A DNA stretch of 64,000 bases. Source: Ignavibacteriota bacterium. GTDB taxonomy: Bacteria; Bacteroidota; Ignavibacteria; SZUA-365. The position numbers and the translations under genes were made by a program. Below the pieces are notes generated by a model. It was not told the DNA's origin, did no database searches, and saw only the letters and a list, made by a program, of their open reading frames with translations. Shown here piece after piece: positions 26,791 through 39,191 of the stretch. The stretch covers positions 72,908-136,907 of the forward strand of contig JACRFB010000031.1 of the NCBI GenBank assembly GCA_016218045.1, in the 5' to 3' direction. Each line of letters opens with the position of its first letter. Position 1 is the stretch's first letter.

Positions 26791-27534
26791 ATGAACGCAA
26801 CGCCGCGCCTCCTCCGGGCCGAAGGCCTCAAGAAACGATACCGCAAGCGGTATGTCGTGAAGGGCGCCAGCGTGTCCGTGCAGCAGGGCGAGATCGTCGG
26901 TTTGCTCGGGCCCAACGGGGCGGGCAAGACCACCACGTTCTATATGATCACCGGGATGATCAAACCGACCGAGGGTGAGGTGTTCCTCGACGGCGAACGT
27001 ATCACGCCGCTGGCCATGTACAAACGGTCGCGCAAGGGCATCGGATATCTGCCTCAGGAGGCGTCGGTATTCCGCCAGATGACGGTGGAGGAAAACCTGC
27101 TCGCCATCCTTGAGGTGACCGGCGTCGGCCGGGACGAACGCAAGCGGCGCGCCGAGGAACTGATGGTCGATTTCAACATCGCGCACATTCGGAACAGCAA
27201 AGGATACATGTTGTCGGGCGGGGAAAGACGGCGCACCGAAATCGCGCGCGCCCTCACGACCAACCCGAGCTTCATCCTCCTCGACGAACCCTTCGCGGGC
27301 GTGGATCCCATCGCCGTCGAAGACATCATGCGCATCGTCATCGCGCTCAAACAGCGGAATATCGGTGTGCTGATCACCGATCACAACGTGCATGAGACAC
27401 TTTCCATCGTCGATCGCGCCTACCTGCTTTTCGACGGCGATATCCTCATGGAAGGCGATTCGGAAAAACTGGCAAACGACGCCGACGCGCGCCGCATCTA
27501 TCTCGGCGAAAGCTTCAAGCTCGATCGGTACTGA
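26791..27534 (+). CDS. lptB: LPS export ABC transporter ATP-binding protein
   Basis: [46 protein letters not shown]. The ~245-aa LptB-specific C-terminus is present. Confidence 0.8.
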   Translation: MNATPRLLRAEGLKKRYRKRYVVKGASVSVQQGEIVGLLGPNGAGKTTTFYMITGMIKPTEGEVFLDGERITPLAMYKRSRKGIGYLPQEASVFRQMTVEENLLAILEVTGVGRDERKRRAEELMVDFNIAHIRNSKGYMLSGGERRRTEIARALTTNPSFILLDEPFAGVDPIAVEDIMRIVIALKQRNIGVLITDHNVHETLSIVDRAYLLFDGDILMEGDSEKLANDADARRIYLGESFKLDRY

Positions 27535-27634
27535 TCGGTATCCCCGGAAACTTCCCACCCTGATCCCGCGTTACGTGGTGAAGGGACGGGGCAATGTCCT
27601 CGCAACTTCGATAACACGAGAGAGGAGGTCGACC

Positions 27635-28018
27635 ATGGTACCATACACAGAAACAACCCAGGGAGTCACCATTCGCGTGCAGCCGTTTTTCCTCGAGGAA
27701 CGGTCCAATGTTCTCAAACGCGAGTTTTTTTTCGTGTACTTCATCGTCATCGAGAATCACGGCACATCGAACGTCCAACTCCTGCGCCGCCGCTGGCAGA
27801 TTCACGATTCGGCTGGTGAGGAGTATGTGGTCGAGGGCGACGGTGTCGTAGGCCAGCAGCCGGTCATCGCCCCCGGCGCAAATCACCAGTACAACAGCTT
27901 CTGCGTGCTCAAATCGTTCGAGGGTTCGATGGAGGGGACGTATCTCATGCAGCGTGAGGACGGCTCCACGTTCGAGGCGGTTATACCGCGTTTCTCGCTC
28001 CGCGCCTGGAATAACTGA
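27635..28018 (+). CDS. apaG: ApaG-domain (DUF525) protein
   Basis: The VTIRVQPFFLEERSN...FFFVYFIVIENHG..VQLLRRRWQIHDSAGEEYVVEGDGVVGQQP..IPRFSL pattern matches ApaG. Start re-called at MVPYTETT (ORF codon 82), giving 127 aa. Confidence 0.8.
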   Translation: MVPYTETTQGVTIRVQPFFLEERSNVLKREFFFVYFIVIENHGTSNVQLLRRRWQIHDSAGEEYVVEGDGVVGQQPVIAPGANHQYNSFCVLKSFEGSMEGTYLMQREDGSTFEAVIPRFSLRAWNN

Positions 28019-28040
28019 CGCAGGCGGCTGGTACGATAAG

Positions 28041-28078
28041 AAAACAGGCAGCGTCGTATGGCGCTGCCTGTTTTTTTT
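28041..28078. terminator. Bidirectional intrinsic terminator candidate between convergent apaG and clpC
   Basis: aaaacaggcagcg-tcgtatgg-cgctgcctgtttttttt, a 9-bp stem flanked by an A-run and a T-run. Confidence 0.65.
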
Positions 28079-28095
28079 CTGTGGAGGAACGAATC

Positions 28096-30699
<2,604 letters not shown>

Positions 30700-30986
30700 G
30701 GTGTCTTCCGTAATCTAATGGGACTGATGCCTGAACACGCCCGGAGCGGGAATCGTTTCGCGACATCATAACAAAATACCACCGCACCCCGGTGGGAACA
30801 AGGCAAATACGTGTCGGACCCGTTCCCTGCTGCTGTCTCCTCACGTGGCTAGCCCTTCCCGCCATCGCAGAACATGGTCCCACGGAAGCTGCCTCTCGCC
30901 TGTTCTCATGCGTGTACCGTCTTGCACCGCTGTGTTCAGAACAGATCGGCATTCGAGATGAAAATCGATCTCAGACCGCACTACGC

Positions 30987-31760
30987 TCAGAAAATGACCA
31001 TCCAAAGGGCATAATCCAGGATCAGAATCATTGCGGCTGAAATGACGAAGGCGCGGATGGTGGAGAGACCGACGCCTTCAGCGCCGCCGCTTGTGCGGAA
31101 GCCGATATGGCAGCCCAGTATCGAGGTCACGCCTCCGAAAGCGACGGCCTTGACAAGACCAGAGATCACATCCTTCGATTCGAAAAACCGCTGCACACTT
31201 CCGAAAAACACCTGTGAGGTGATGCCGAGGAAGAAGTTCGCGACGAGGAAGGCCCCGATCAGCGCTATGGCATTGGCAAAGACAACAAGCACGGGCATCA
31301 TGATCACCGCGCCCACAAAACGCGGCATCGCGAGATAGCGCACGGGGTCGATGGCCATACTTTCGAGTGCGTCGATCTGCTCGGTCACTTTCATCGTGCC
31401 GAGTTCCGCGGCGATCGATGCGCCCACGCGTCCGGCGATGACGATGGCCGAGAGGACGGGGCCCAGTTCGATAAAGATCGCGCGGCTCACCGCACCGCCT
31501 ATGAGGGAGAAGCTGATCATGCCCTGGAATTGATAGGCCGCCTGCCACGACGACACCATGCCGGTGAACAGTCCGATAATCAGAACGAGTGGAAGCGAGC
31601 CCACGCCGATATGCGCCATCTGCTCGAACACGAGACGGCGGTCGCGCCATATCCGGTACGTGCTGCGGATGATGCGAACCTGCAATGAGGCGACCTCGCC
31701 CACTTCGCGGACGAAACGCAATGTGCGTGCGCCGAGCCGGTCGATGCCAAACGCCGTCAT
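30987..31760 (-). CDS. mlaE: MlaE-family ABC transporter permease
   Basis: Start re-called at MTAFGIDRLG (ORF codon 104), overlapping the rlmN stop by 4 nt. 257 aa, polytopic, with the MlaE/Ttg2B pattern (..TEQIDALESMAIDPVRYL..). Confidence 0.8.
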   Translation of the reverse strand: MTAFGIDRLGARTLRFVREVGEVASLQVRIIRSTYRIWRDRRLVFEQMAHIGVGSLPLVLIIGLFTGMVSSWQAAYQFQGMISFSLIGGAVSRAIFIELGPVLSAIVIAGRVGASIAAELGTMKVTEQIDALESMAIDPVRYLAMPRFVGAVIMMPVLVVFANAIALIGAFLVANFFLGITSQVFFGSVQRFFESKDVISGLVKAVAFGGVTSILGCHIGFRTSGGAEGVGLSTIRAFVISAAMILILDYALWMVIF

Positions 31761-32851
31761 GACGTCGTCACCGCGCGTTTCCGGATGTGGGATCGCACCG
31801 CGAGCTGCCCGCAGGCGGCGTCGATGTCGCGGCCCGAACTGCTGCGCAGCATCACGGTCGCATTGCCCGCGCGCAGCGCCTCCGCAAAACGTTCGATTCG
31901 GGCCGGAGGACTGGGCCGCAGTTCGAGGCGCGGCGGATGCGAGAGGGCGGAGTCGATGGGGTGGAAGGGTATCAGATTCACCTTCGACGGGACGCGCCGC
32001 ATCAGCCGCAGCAGCCGTTGCACGTCGGCCTCCGTGTCGTTCAGGTCGTCGAACAGGATGTACTCCCACGTTATGCGACGTCTCGTTGCGCGGTAGTAAT
32101 ACTCGGCTGCCGCAATCAATTCCGACAGAGGGTATTTGCGGTTAATGGGCATGAGGACCGACCGGAGCGCATCGTCGGTGCTGTGCAGCGAGATGGCGAG
32201 TTTGGCCTTGCGCTGTTCGTCGGCCATGCGTCGTATGCCGTCCACCAGACCCGCTGTCGACACGGTGATATGGGCGGATCCCACCCCGCAGGTGGTTTCA
32301 TGCGTGATGAGGTCGATCGACTTCATGGTCTCGTCGTAATTGAGCATCGGTTCGCCCATGCCCATGTACACGAGATTCGTGATACGCTGGCCGCTCGCGG
32401 CGAGCGCCCCGAAATACTGTCCCACGATTTCCCAGGCGCGCGCGTTGCGGCGCATTTTCATCGAGGCGGTGGCGCAGAACGCGCAGTCGAGCGGACACCC
32501 GACCTGCGTCGAGAGACAGAGAGTCAGCCGTTTCGGCCTGCCCGCTTCCTCGGTCTCCGACGGAATTAACACCGTCTCGACACGCAAATCGTCTTCAAGT
32601 GTAAACAGGAATTTCCGGGTTCCATCTGCGCTGTTCTGTTCGCCTGCGATCACCGGATGTGTGATGCGGAAGCTTTCAGCCAGAGCTGTTCTTTCCGCCT
32701 TCGGCAGATTTGTCATCAGCCCAAAATCGGTGACGCGCCGGTTGTACATCCAGTAAAACACCTGCTCCGCCCGGTACCGAGGCATTCCGCGCTCCTGTAA
32801 CAGCGAGCGCAACTCGTCGAGTGTTTGTCCGAACAGGTTGAGGGCTTCCAT
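31757..32851 (-). CDS. rlmN: 23S rRNA (adenine2503-C2)-methyltransferase, radical SAM
   Basis: Radical-SAM CPLDCAFCAT (Cx3Cx2C) cluster. RlmN N-terminal region (RAEQVFYWMY). 364 aa. Confidence 0.88.
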   Translation of the reverse strand: MEALNLFGQTLDELRSLLQERGMPRYRAEQVFYWMYNRRVTDFGLMTNLPKAERTALAESFRITHPVIAGEQNSADGTRKFLFTLEDDLRVETVLIPSETEEAGRPKRLTLCLSTQVGCPLDCAFCATASMKMRRNARAWEIVGQYFGALAASGQRITNLVYMGMGEPMLNYDETMKSIDLITHETTCGVGSAHITVSTAGLVDGIRRMADEQRKAKLAISLHSTDDALRSVLMPINRKYPLSELIAAAEYYYRATRRRITWEYILFDDLNDTEADVQRLLRLMRRVPSKVNLIPFHPIDSALSHPPRLELRPSPPARIERFAEALRAGNATVMLRSSSGRDIDAACGQLAVRSHIRKRAVTTS

Positions 32852-32873
32852 GCATGAAATCTAACACTATCCG

Positions 32874-32985
32874 CGAGAAGGGGAAAGGGAGAATGGTGAA
32901 GGGGGATGGGGGGAGGGGGATGGGGGAAGAGGGTAGAGGGAAGGGGGAAGGGAAAGAGGGTAATAGAGCTAGCCATGTGATGGGG
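32874..32985. repeat. Polypurine G-run-rich tract (potential G-quadruplex-forming) in the divergent rlmN / DUF2279 promoter region
   Basis: + strand reads gaaggggaaagggagaatggtgaagggggatggggggagggggatgggggaagagggtagagggaagggggaagggaaagaggg...tgatgggggaaaag, i.e. more than 10 runs of G3-6 with almost no pyrimidines. Confidence 0.8.
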
Positions 32986-32998
32986 GAAAAGTGTACAT

Positions 32999-33979
32999 TT
33001 GATGATGTTTCGGATGAGAAAACGATGCCGATATTCCGCCGCTGTTCTAACCGCGTTCCTTGTGGTCTGCACATGGAGTGCTCCTGCACAAGAGCGTTCC
33101 GGAAACGTCGAGCAGGATTCCGCGCGCTCAAAATCGGACAGTCTTGTCTCTTTAGTACCCGCGCAGCGCGGAGTCGATCCGTGGCGTTTGTCACTCATCG
33201 GAGGCGCGGCTCTGGGCACACTCGGTGCCACGTACGCGTATCTCGAAGACACCTGGTGGGCCGAAAAGCCGACGAGTTTCCACTTCGATGACGGTGGTGA
33301 TCTGAAGTATGCGCATAACATCGACAAACTCGCGCATTTCTACGGCGGTTCCATCGCCGCCGACATGTTCACCCGCGCCCTGCTCTGGTCGCGGGTGCCC
33401 GAGCGCAGCGCCGTCTGGCTGGGATTTGGGCTCGGCGTCTTTGTGCAGATGGTCATCGAACTGAAGGACGGTTTTGCGCCGCGCTGGGGCTACAGTGTGT
33501 GGGATGTGGGGATAGGCAGTGCGGGAGCGCTGTACTACACCGCAAAACATTACTTCCCGGCTCTTGCCGCGACCGATGTGAAATTCAGCTACTGGCAGTA
33601 TTCGGACAAGTACTTCTCATGGATCAAATCCGGCGGGGGCGCCACCTGGAACGACGACTACATCAATCAGACGTACTGGCTCTCGTTCAAGGTGAATTCG
33701 TATCTGCCCTCCTCGAGCGAAAAGTACTGGCCCGACTGGCTGGCTGTCGCGATTGGCGTCGGCGTGGATGACGCGCTCGACGGCTATGAGAAGAACAACA
33801 CAAAACTCCATCCCGGCAATCTCGAGATTTTTCTCGCGCTCGATGTGGACGTGACACAGATCCTCCCATCCGATAACGGACTGTGGGAAACGATAAAGCA
33901 CTATCTGAATTACATCAAATTCCCCGCGCCCGCTGTGCGTCTCACCCCCACGACTGTCTGGTATGGCCTGTATTTTTAG
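32999..33979 (+). CDS. DUF2279-like secreted/periplasmic protein (tandem paralog 1)
   Basis: Signal peptide. TWWAEKPTSFHFDDGGDLKYAHNIDKLAHFYGG...W, ending ..VWYGLYF. Paralogous to the next gene, which has NAWWKDQRTSFHFTEDAAYALNVDKAGHFLGG...VGYGLYF. The family assignment is from memory of DUF2279 signatures. Confidence 0.5.
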   Translation: MMMFRMRKRCRYSAAVLTAFLVVCTWSAPAQERSGNVEQDSARSKSDSLVSLVPAQRGVDPWRLSLIGGAALGTLGATYAYLEDTWWAEKPTSFHFDDGGDLKYAHNIDKLAHFYGGSIAADMFTRALLWSRVPERSAVWLGFGLGVFVQMVIELKDGFAPRWGYSVWDVGIGSAGALYYTAKHYFPALAATDVKFSYWQYSDKYFSWIKSGGGATWNDDYINQTYWLSFKVNSYLPSSSEKYWPDWLAVAIGVGVDDALDGYEKNNTKLHPGNLEIFLALDVDVTQILPSDNGLWETIKHYLNYIKFPAPAVRLTPTTVWYGLYF

Positions 33980-35021
33980 CCGGTTTCAGCGCAACTTTCT
34001 TCCCATCGTGATGCTGATCGTCACCACGGGCTTCTCTCTGCATGCACAGGTGAGCGCGACACGTTCGGAATCCGCGAGCCCGGGCATGGATGAAACGGCC
34101 GGCACAGCGGTGATTACGCGGCATGGCGGCCCGGAAAACGGATACAACGATCTGAAAATGCAGCTCCGTTATCCGTTGCCGTCGTATGCGGCCACAGGCA
34201 TTGTCGAGGATCCATATCCCGTGCCTTTCGAGGGGTACGATCCCGAGCACACGCGTATACGATGGGACCACGCGGCGATCATGGGCGGAGCGCTCACGAT
34301 CACCATCACGGGTGTGCACATGTACCAGATGAACGCGTGGTGGAAGGACCAGCGCACGTCGTTTCACTTTACGGAAGACGCCGCATACGCGCTCAATGTA
34401 GACAAGGCCGGCCACTTCCTTGGCGGCGCGTTCTGCTCGTTCCTCGGCAGGAAATCGGTGGAATGGGTGGGTGTGTCGCGCGGGGCCTCCGCCGCCTGGG
34501 GTTCGGTGATCGGCGCGCTCTTTGAACTCTATGTCGAGTTCGAGGACGGTTTCGCGCGAGACTGGGGCTTCAGTCCCGGCGACGCCTACGCCGATCTTCT
34601 CGGCGCCGGATGGATGTACGGCCAGTACGCGGTGCCGGGCATGGAGCACTTCCAGCCCAAATTCACCTATTTCCCGTCAAAGAAATACCGCGACGGCCTG
34701 CATCACGGCAACGCGATCGACGATTACGAAGGGCAGACATACTGGATGGCCGTCCATATACACGGCCTGCTTCCCGCCTCGTGGCAGCGCTGGTGGCCCG
34801 AGTGGCTCGCGCTCGCCTTCGGCACCTCCGTGCGCGACATGGATAATCCCGATAAAAAGCAGCGAAATATCCTTATCGCGCTCGACTACGACATGACCAA
34901 GATCATCCCCGGCGAGAGCTGGTTCATGCGCACCTTCAAGGAGGCGCTCAACTTCCTGCATTTCCCCTCGCCGGCGATCCGTATCTCGCCCGACTTTGTG
35001 GGATACGGGCTCTACTTCTGA
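33963..35021 (+). CDS. DUF2279-like secreted/periplasmic protein (tandem paralog 2)
   Basis: Same conserved blocks as 32999-33979, with a signal peptide (..LIVTTGFSLHAQ). A start around codon 17 (MLIV..) is possible. Confidence 0.5.
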   Translation: MACIFSRFQRNFLPIVMLIVTTGFSLHAQVSATRSESASPGMDETAGTAVITRHGGPENGYNDLKMQLRYPLPSYAATGIVEDPYPVPFEGYDPEHTRIRWDHAAIMGGALTITITGVHMYQMNAWWKDQRTSFHFTEDAAYALNVDKAGHFLGGAFCSFLGRKSVEWVGVSRGASAAWGSVIGALFELYVEFEDGFARDWGFSPGDAYADLLGAGWMYGQYAVPGMEHFQPKFTYFPSKKYRDGLHHGNAIDDYEGQTYWMAVHIHGLLPASWQRWWPEWLALAFGTSVRDMDNPDKKQRNILIALDYDMTKIIPGESWFMRTFKEALNFLHFPSPAIRISPDFVGYGLYF

Positions 35022-35035
35022 AAGGACGAGCTTCC

Positions 35036-35782
35036 ATGGACCCGTCACTTTCCGCGCCGCGTATCAGCGTCGTGATCCCGGCACTCGACGAGGAGAAACT
35101 TCTGCCTTCGCTGCTGCGGCAACTCGACGAGGGGATCCGAGCGCGCTTCGGGCTCGAACTCATCCTCAGCGACGGCGGCAGCACCGATGCGACCTGCGCG
35201 ATAGCGGAGGAAGGCGGCTGCCGCGTCGTGCGTCATACGGAACCCGGACGTCAGACCATCGCGGCCGGACGTAACGCAGGCGCAGGCGCCGCGCTGGGCG
35301 CGATACTCGTCTTCATCAATGCCGATGTGACACTCGATGATCCGTTCCGTTTTTTCGCGGCGGTGGAACGAAGCATGGCGTCGCCGCGTGTCGCGGGCGC
35401 GACCTGCGCCGTACACGTCTTTCCCGCCGAACAGCGTCTGTCCGACTGGCTGTTTCACATCGTGCACAACGCCTACGTGCGTTTTCTGAATCTGATCGGT
35501 GAAGGCATGGGCCGCGGCGAGTGCCAGATACTGCGGCGTTCGCTCTTCGAAGAACTCGGCGGCTACAATCCGCTGCTCGCTGCGGGCGAGGATTACGACC
35601 TCTTCCGTCGCGTCCGGCGCCGCGGGTCGATTGTGTTCCTGCCGGGCATCACCATGTACGAGTCGCCGCGCCGCTTCCGCCGCTATGGATACCTGCGTAT
35701 CGTGTGGGGCTGGACGCGGAATGCCTTTTCCGTCGTCGTTCGGAACCGTTCCGCATCGAAAGAGTGGGAGACTGTGCGGTAG
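35036..35782 (+). CDS. Family-2 glycosyltransferase
   Basis: ISVVIPALDEE...LILSDGGSTD...AGRNAG..INADV..GEDYDLFRR are the GT-A / GT2 DXD-type motifs. Confidence 0.75.
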   Translation: MDPSLSAPRISVVIPALDEEKLLPSLLRQLDEGIRARFGLELILSDGGSTDATCAIAEEGGCRVVRHTEPGRQTIAAGRNAGAGAALGAILVFINADVTLDDPFRFFAAVERSMASPRVAGATCAVHVFPAEQRLSDWLFHIVHNAYVRFLNLIGEGMGRGECQILRRSLFEELGGYNPLLAAGEDYDLFRRVRRRGSIVFLPGITMYESPRRFRRYGYLRIVWGWTRNAFSVVVRNRSASKEWETVR

Positions 35783-36116
35783 GCCGCGTGTTCGAGACAA
35801 CGATGCGACGGTACCTGAAAAGGTGCGCGAACGGAGCCGGCCTCGCCTGGCCACGAAACATGCGGCAGCATCAGACTGCGGCGGCCGGGCTGCCTGAAAA
35901 GAAAGTCGGCCCCGCAGGAACAGGTGTGCGGAATCATATGTTCGAGTAGAGAGACCCGTTTGTCCGGCGTTCTGTTTCACAGCTCGGCCTGCCGCGCCGG
36001 TTGCAGATACCGCACGGAGGGCGATAAGAAATCGCATTGTTTGCTGCTCGAAAAGTCGCTAGTTTCATAAAATTATACCCACTGGAATCACTTCACGCTC
36101 GATAAAGGCCGTCAGC

Positions 36117-37724
36117 ATGTTCCGCAAACGTTTCTCCCTAGCGTCCGTTTTTGTTCTCCTCTTCTTTGGCGTCTTTCTCGGCGCCCAGATCCAGGCGATC
36201 TCGGAGGACAACATCTACGAGCAGCTCAACAAGTTCAAGGACGTGTTGAGCTTCACGCAGAAATACTACGTCGATGAAGTGTCGACATCGCGGCTCGTCG
36301 AAAAGGCGGTGGAAGGTCTGCTCAAGGATCTCGATCCCCACTCCGTGTACATCGATCCGAAATCTCTCGTGAAGGTGCAGGAGGATTTTAAGGGAAGCTT
36401 TGAAGGCATCGGCATCGAATTCAACATTCTGCACGACACCATCACGGTCGTGTCGCCGATATTCGGCGGTCCGAGCGAGAAGGTGGGTCTGCTCGCGGGT
36501 GACAAGATCGTGCAGATCGACGGACAGAGCTCTGTGAAGGTGACCAACGACGACGTGCAGAAGAAACTGCGCGGCGAGAAGGGGTCCAAGGTTGTGGTCG
36601 ACATCGTCCGCGCGGGGGTGAAGGACGTGCTGCAGTTCACGATCACACGCGACAAGATCCCCCTCTACAGTGTCGACACCTATTTCGTGCTCGAGGACGG
36701 CACGGGGTATATGGTGATCAACCGCTTCGCATCGAACACCTATCAGGAATTCATCAACGGCCTGCGCGACATGCGCACCAAGGGCATGGAGAAACTGATC
36801 CTCGATCTGCGCGGAAATCCTGGCGGCTACCTCGAGCAGTCGTTCCGCATGGCCAACGAATTCCTCGCGCGCGGCGAGAAAATCGTGTACACGAAGGGCC
36901 GCAGCCCCCAGTTCGACGAGAACTACAATGCCAATGGCGCGGGCGAATTCCAGGACCTCCCGCTCATCGTGCTTGTGACACGCGCCAGCGCCTCCGCCTC
37001 GGAGATCGTGGCCGGCGCGGTGCAGGATCACGACCGCGGACTCATCGTCGGCGAGACCACCTTCGGCAAGGGCCTGGTGCAGCGGCAGTTCGATCTGCCC
37101 GACGGCTCCGCCTTCCGTCTTACGACAGCCCGGTACTACACGCCGTCGGGACGCATCATTCAGCGGCCCTACGACGGGAAGTCGGACGAGGAGTACTACA
37201 AGACCGCCGGCGACAAGTCCGAGGCCGAGGGCGACAACATCGAACATCACGAGGACAAGGCCGACACCTCGCGTCCGAAATACAAGACCGACGCCGGCCG
37301 CACCGTGCTGGGCGGCGGCGGTATCACGCCCGATTACATCGTCAAAGTCGACAATCTCACGGAATACGCCGCGAAGATGCGTGCGCGCCTCTTCGAGTTC
37401 ATCAGCGGTTATATGGACAAGAACGGCCCCGCCTTCCGGCAGAAGTACGGCAAGGACCAGGCGCAGCGCTTTACAAACGAATTCAGCGTCGATGACGAAC
37501 TGCTCGCATCCTTCGTGTCCTTCGGCGAAAGCAAAAACATTCCGCTCGTCAAGGAACAGTACCAGAAGGACCTGGACTACATCAAGGCGCTCATCAAGGC
37601 GCAGATTGCGCGCAATCTCTTCGGCAACGAGGGTTTCTTCCGCGCGCTGCTGCAGGCCGATCCGCAATTCCGCAAGGCGCGGACACTGTTCCCGGAAGCC
37701 AAAAAAATCGCCGGACTGAAATAG
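36117..37724 (+). CDS. ctpA: Carboxyl-terminal processing protease (peptidase S41, PDZ domain)
   Basis: Signal/TM N-terminus. PDZ (GLLAGDKIVQIDG). S41 catalytic region (LDLRGNPGG ... TRASASASEIVAGAVQD..GETTFGKG). Confidence 0.85.
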   Translation: MFRKRFSLASVFVLLFFGVFLGAQIQAISEDNIYEQLNKFKDVLSFTQKYYVDEVSTSRLVEKAVEGLLKDLDPHSVYIDPKSLVKVQEDFKGSFEGIGIEFNILHDTITVVSPIFGGPSEKVGLLAGDKIVQIDGQSSVKVTNDDVQKKLRGEKGSKVVVDIVRAGVKDVLQFTITRDKIPLYSVDTYFVLEDGTGYMVINRFASNTYQEFINGLRDMRTKGMEKLILDLRGNPGGYLEQSFRMANEFLARGEKIVYTKGRSPQFDENYNANGAGEFQDLPLIVLVTRASASASEIVAGAVQDHDRGLIVGETTFGKGLVQRQFDLPDGSAFRLTTARYYTPSGRIIQRPYDGKSDEEYYKTAGDKSEAEGDNIEHHEDKADTSRPKYKTDAGRTVLGGGGITPDYIVKVDNLTEYAAKMRARLFEFISGYMDKNGPAFRQKYGKDQAQRFTNEFSVDDELLASFVSFGESKNIPLVKEQYQKDLDYIKALIKAQIARNLFGNEGFFRALLQADPQFRKARTLFPEAKKIAGLK

Positions 37725-37734
37725 CCCTTCAGCC

Positions 37735-38613
37735 GTGAAACGGCACACCACATCACGGCCGCGCCGCTTCCCCGCGGCGCGCCGTCTTCTTCTCCTCGGA
37801 GCGTCTGCCGCCGCCGTCCTCTTCGCGACTGCGGTGAGCACGGACGTTCCCGTGCAGGCCGCGGCGCCGCAGCCCGCGCGTCCCGCCAACCTCGCCGTCT
37901 TTCAGCGCGGGGAGGAACTTGTGTACGAGGTGCGCTATCTGACCTTCATGCTCGGGACCATTACGGCCCGCTGCCTGGCGGTGGACAGTGTCACGAAGCA
38001 CTACAGAATGGAGTGCATCATCCGTTCCGCAAAGGGCATACCCTTTGTCACACTTCTCACACGTTTCCAAAGCACGGTCAACGAGCAGGTAACGAGCACC
38101 TCGTTCAGCACGAAGGAACACGTGGAGGACACGCTGAACAAGTACATCAACTACACCTTCCCGAAGAACCGGGACGTGGTGTATATCAGCGAACGGATCG
38201 GCCGTGACCCCATCCCCGAGCATTACGACACGCTGACCCTCGACGGCAAGCGCTGGCAGGACGGACTGTCGCTCCTCTTTTATGCACGCGCGCACGCGCT
38301 GCAGCGATACACCGATTACGTCCCCGTCCTCATGTACCGTTCAAAGGCCACAACCACGATCAACTTCGGTGTGAAAGACGACGACATGGAAATCGACGCC
38401 GTGCCGTATCCGATCCACACCGTGAAGCTCGACGGCGAAACCGGTTTCACGGGCATATTCGGGCTCACCGGCGGTTTCGAGGGGTGGTTCAGCAAGGACG
38501 CCGCATCCGTACCGATATACGCAAAGATGCACGTGATACTCGGCAGCGTCCGACTCGAACTCGTTTCCTGGAAAAAACCCGGGTGGATCCCGCCCCGCTA
38601 TGGCAAAAACTAA
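37735..38613 (+). CDS. DUF3108-domain protein
   Basis: GEELVYEVRYLTFMLGTI... pattern and size (292 aa) are typical of DUF3108. Signal-peptide-like N-terminus. Confidence 0.55.
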   Translation: MKRHTTSRPRRFPAARRLLLLGASAAAVLFATAVSTDVPVQAAAPQPARPANLAVFQRGEELVYEVRYLTFMLGTITARCLAVDSVTKHYRMECIIRSAKGIPFVTLLTRFQSTVNEQVTSTSFSTKEHVEDTLNKYINYTFPKNRDVVYISERIGRDPIPEHYDTLTLDGKRWQDGLSLLFYARAHALQRYTDYVPVLMYRSKATTTINFGVKDDDMEIDAVPYPIHTVKLDGETGFTGIFGLTGGFEGWFSKDAASVPIYAKMHVILGSVRLELVSWKKPGWIPPRYGKN

Positions 38614-39181
38614 CGCACGAATCATCCCGTATCAGGGAAAACTCCCCGACATCCATCCCAGCGTTTTCCTCGCCGACGGCGTCGTGATCGTGGGCGACGT
38701 CACACTCGCCGAGGACGTGAACGTCTGGTGCAACGCGGTCATTCGCGGCGATGTGAACACCATCGGCATCGGCGCGCGCACAAACGTGCAGGACAACAGC
38801 ACGCTGCACGTGACCTGGAACCAGTACTCGCTGAACATCGGCGCCGACGTGACCATCGGTCACGGCGTGACATTGCACGGGTGCACGATTCACGACCGCG
38901 TGCTGATAGGCATGGGCGCGGTGGTTCTGGACGGCGCCGAAGTGTTTCCCGAATCGCTCATTGCCGCGGGGACGCTTGTGCGCCAGCACTTCGAGGTGCC
39001 GGAGGGCAGCCTCGTCGCCGGCGTGCCGGGCAAAATCGCGCGCCGCCTGAGCGACGAAGAGCGGCGGGGTATTGCGGATTCGGCGCAGCACTACATGCAT
39101 TACGTGAACGAATACCGCGCACACGACGATCTCGGACAGGCGATGGATTTCGACACGTATCTGCGCCTGCGGCGCGGATGA
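38600..39181 (+). CDS. Gamma-class carbonic anhydrase family protein (left-handed beta-helix)
   Basis: IPYQGKLPDIHPSVFLADGVVIVGDVTL..NVQDNSTLHV..IGHGVTLHGCTIHDRVLIGMGAVVLDGAEV is the hexapeptide-repeat gamma-CA/YrdA pattern. Confidence 0.8.
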   Translation: MAKTNARIIPYQGKLPDIHPSVFLADGVVIVGDVTLAEDVNVWCNAVIRGDVNTIGIGARTNVQDNSTLHVTWNQYSLNIGADVTIGHGVTLHGCTIHDRVLIGMGAVVLDGAEVFPESLIAAGTLVRQHFEVPEGSLVAGVPGKIARRLSDEERRGIADSAQHYMHYVNEYRAHDDLGQAMDFDTYLRLRRG

Positions 39182-39191
39182 GGAGCATGGC

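Noticed and set aside
35521-35949. 142-aa + ORF extending past the GT2 stop into the 334-nt intergenic region
   Set aside because: It is in a different frame overlapping the 3' half of the GT2 gene and is Arg/Ala-rich with no motifs. The intergenic region more likely holds the ctpA promoter.
36138-37889. 583-aa minus-strand ORF antisense to the S41 protease gene
   Set aside because: High-GC antisense artefact (Arg/Ala/Gly-rich, no motifs). The sense strand encodes a clear PDZ-S41 protease.
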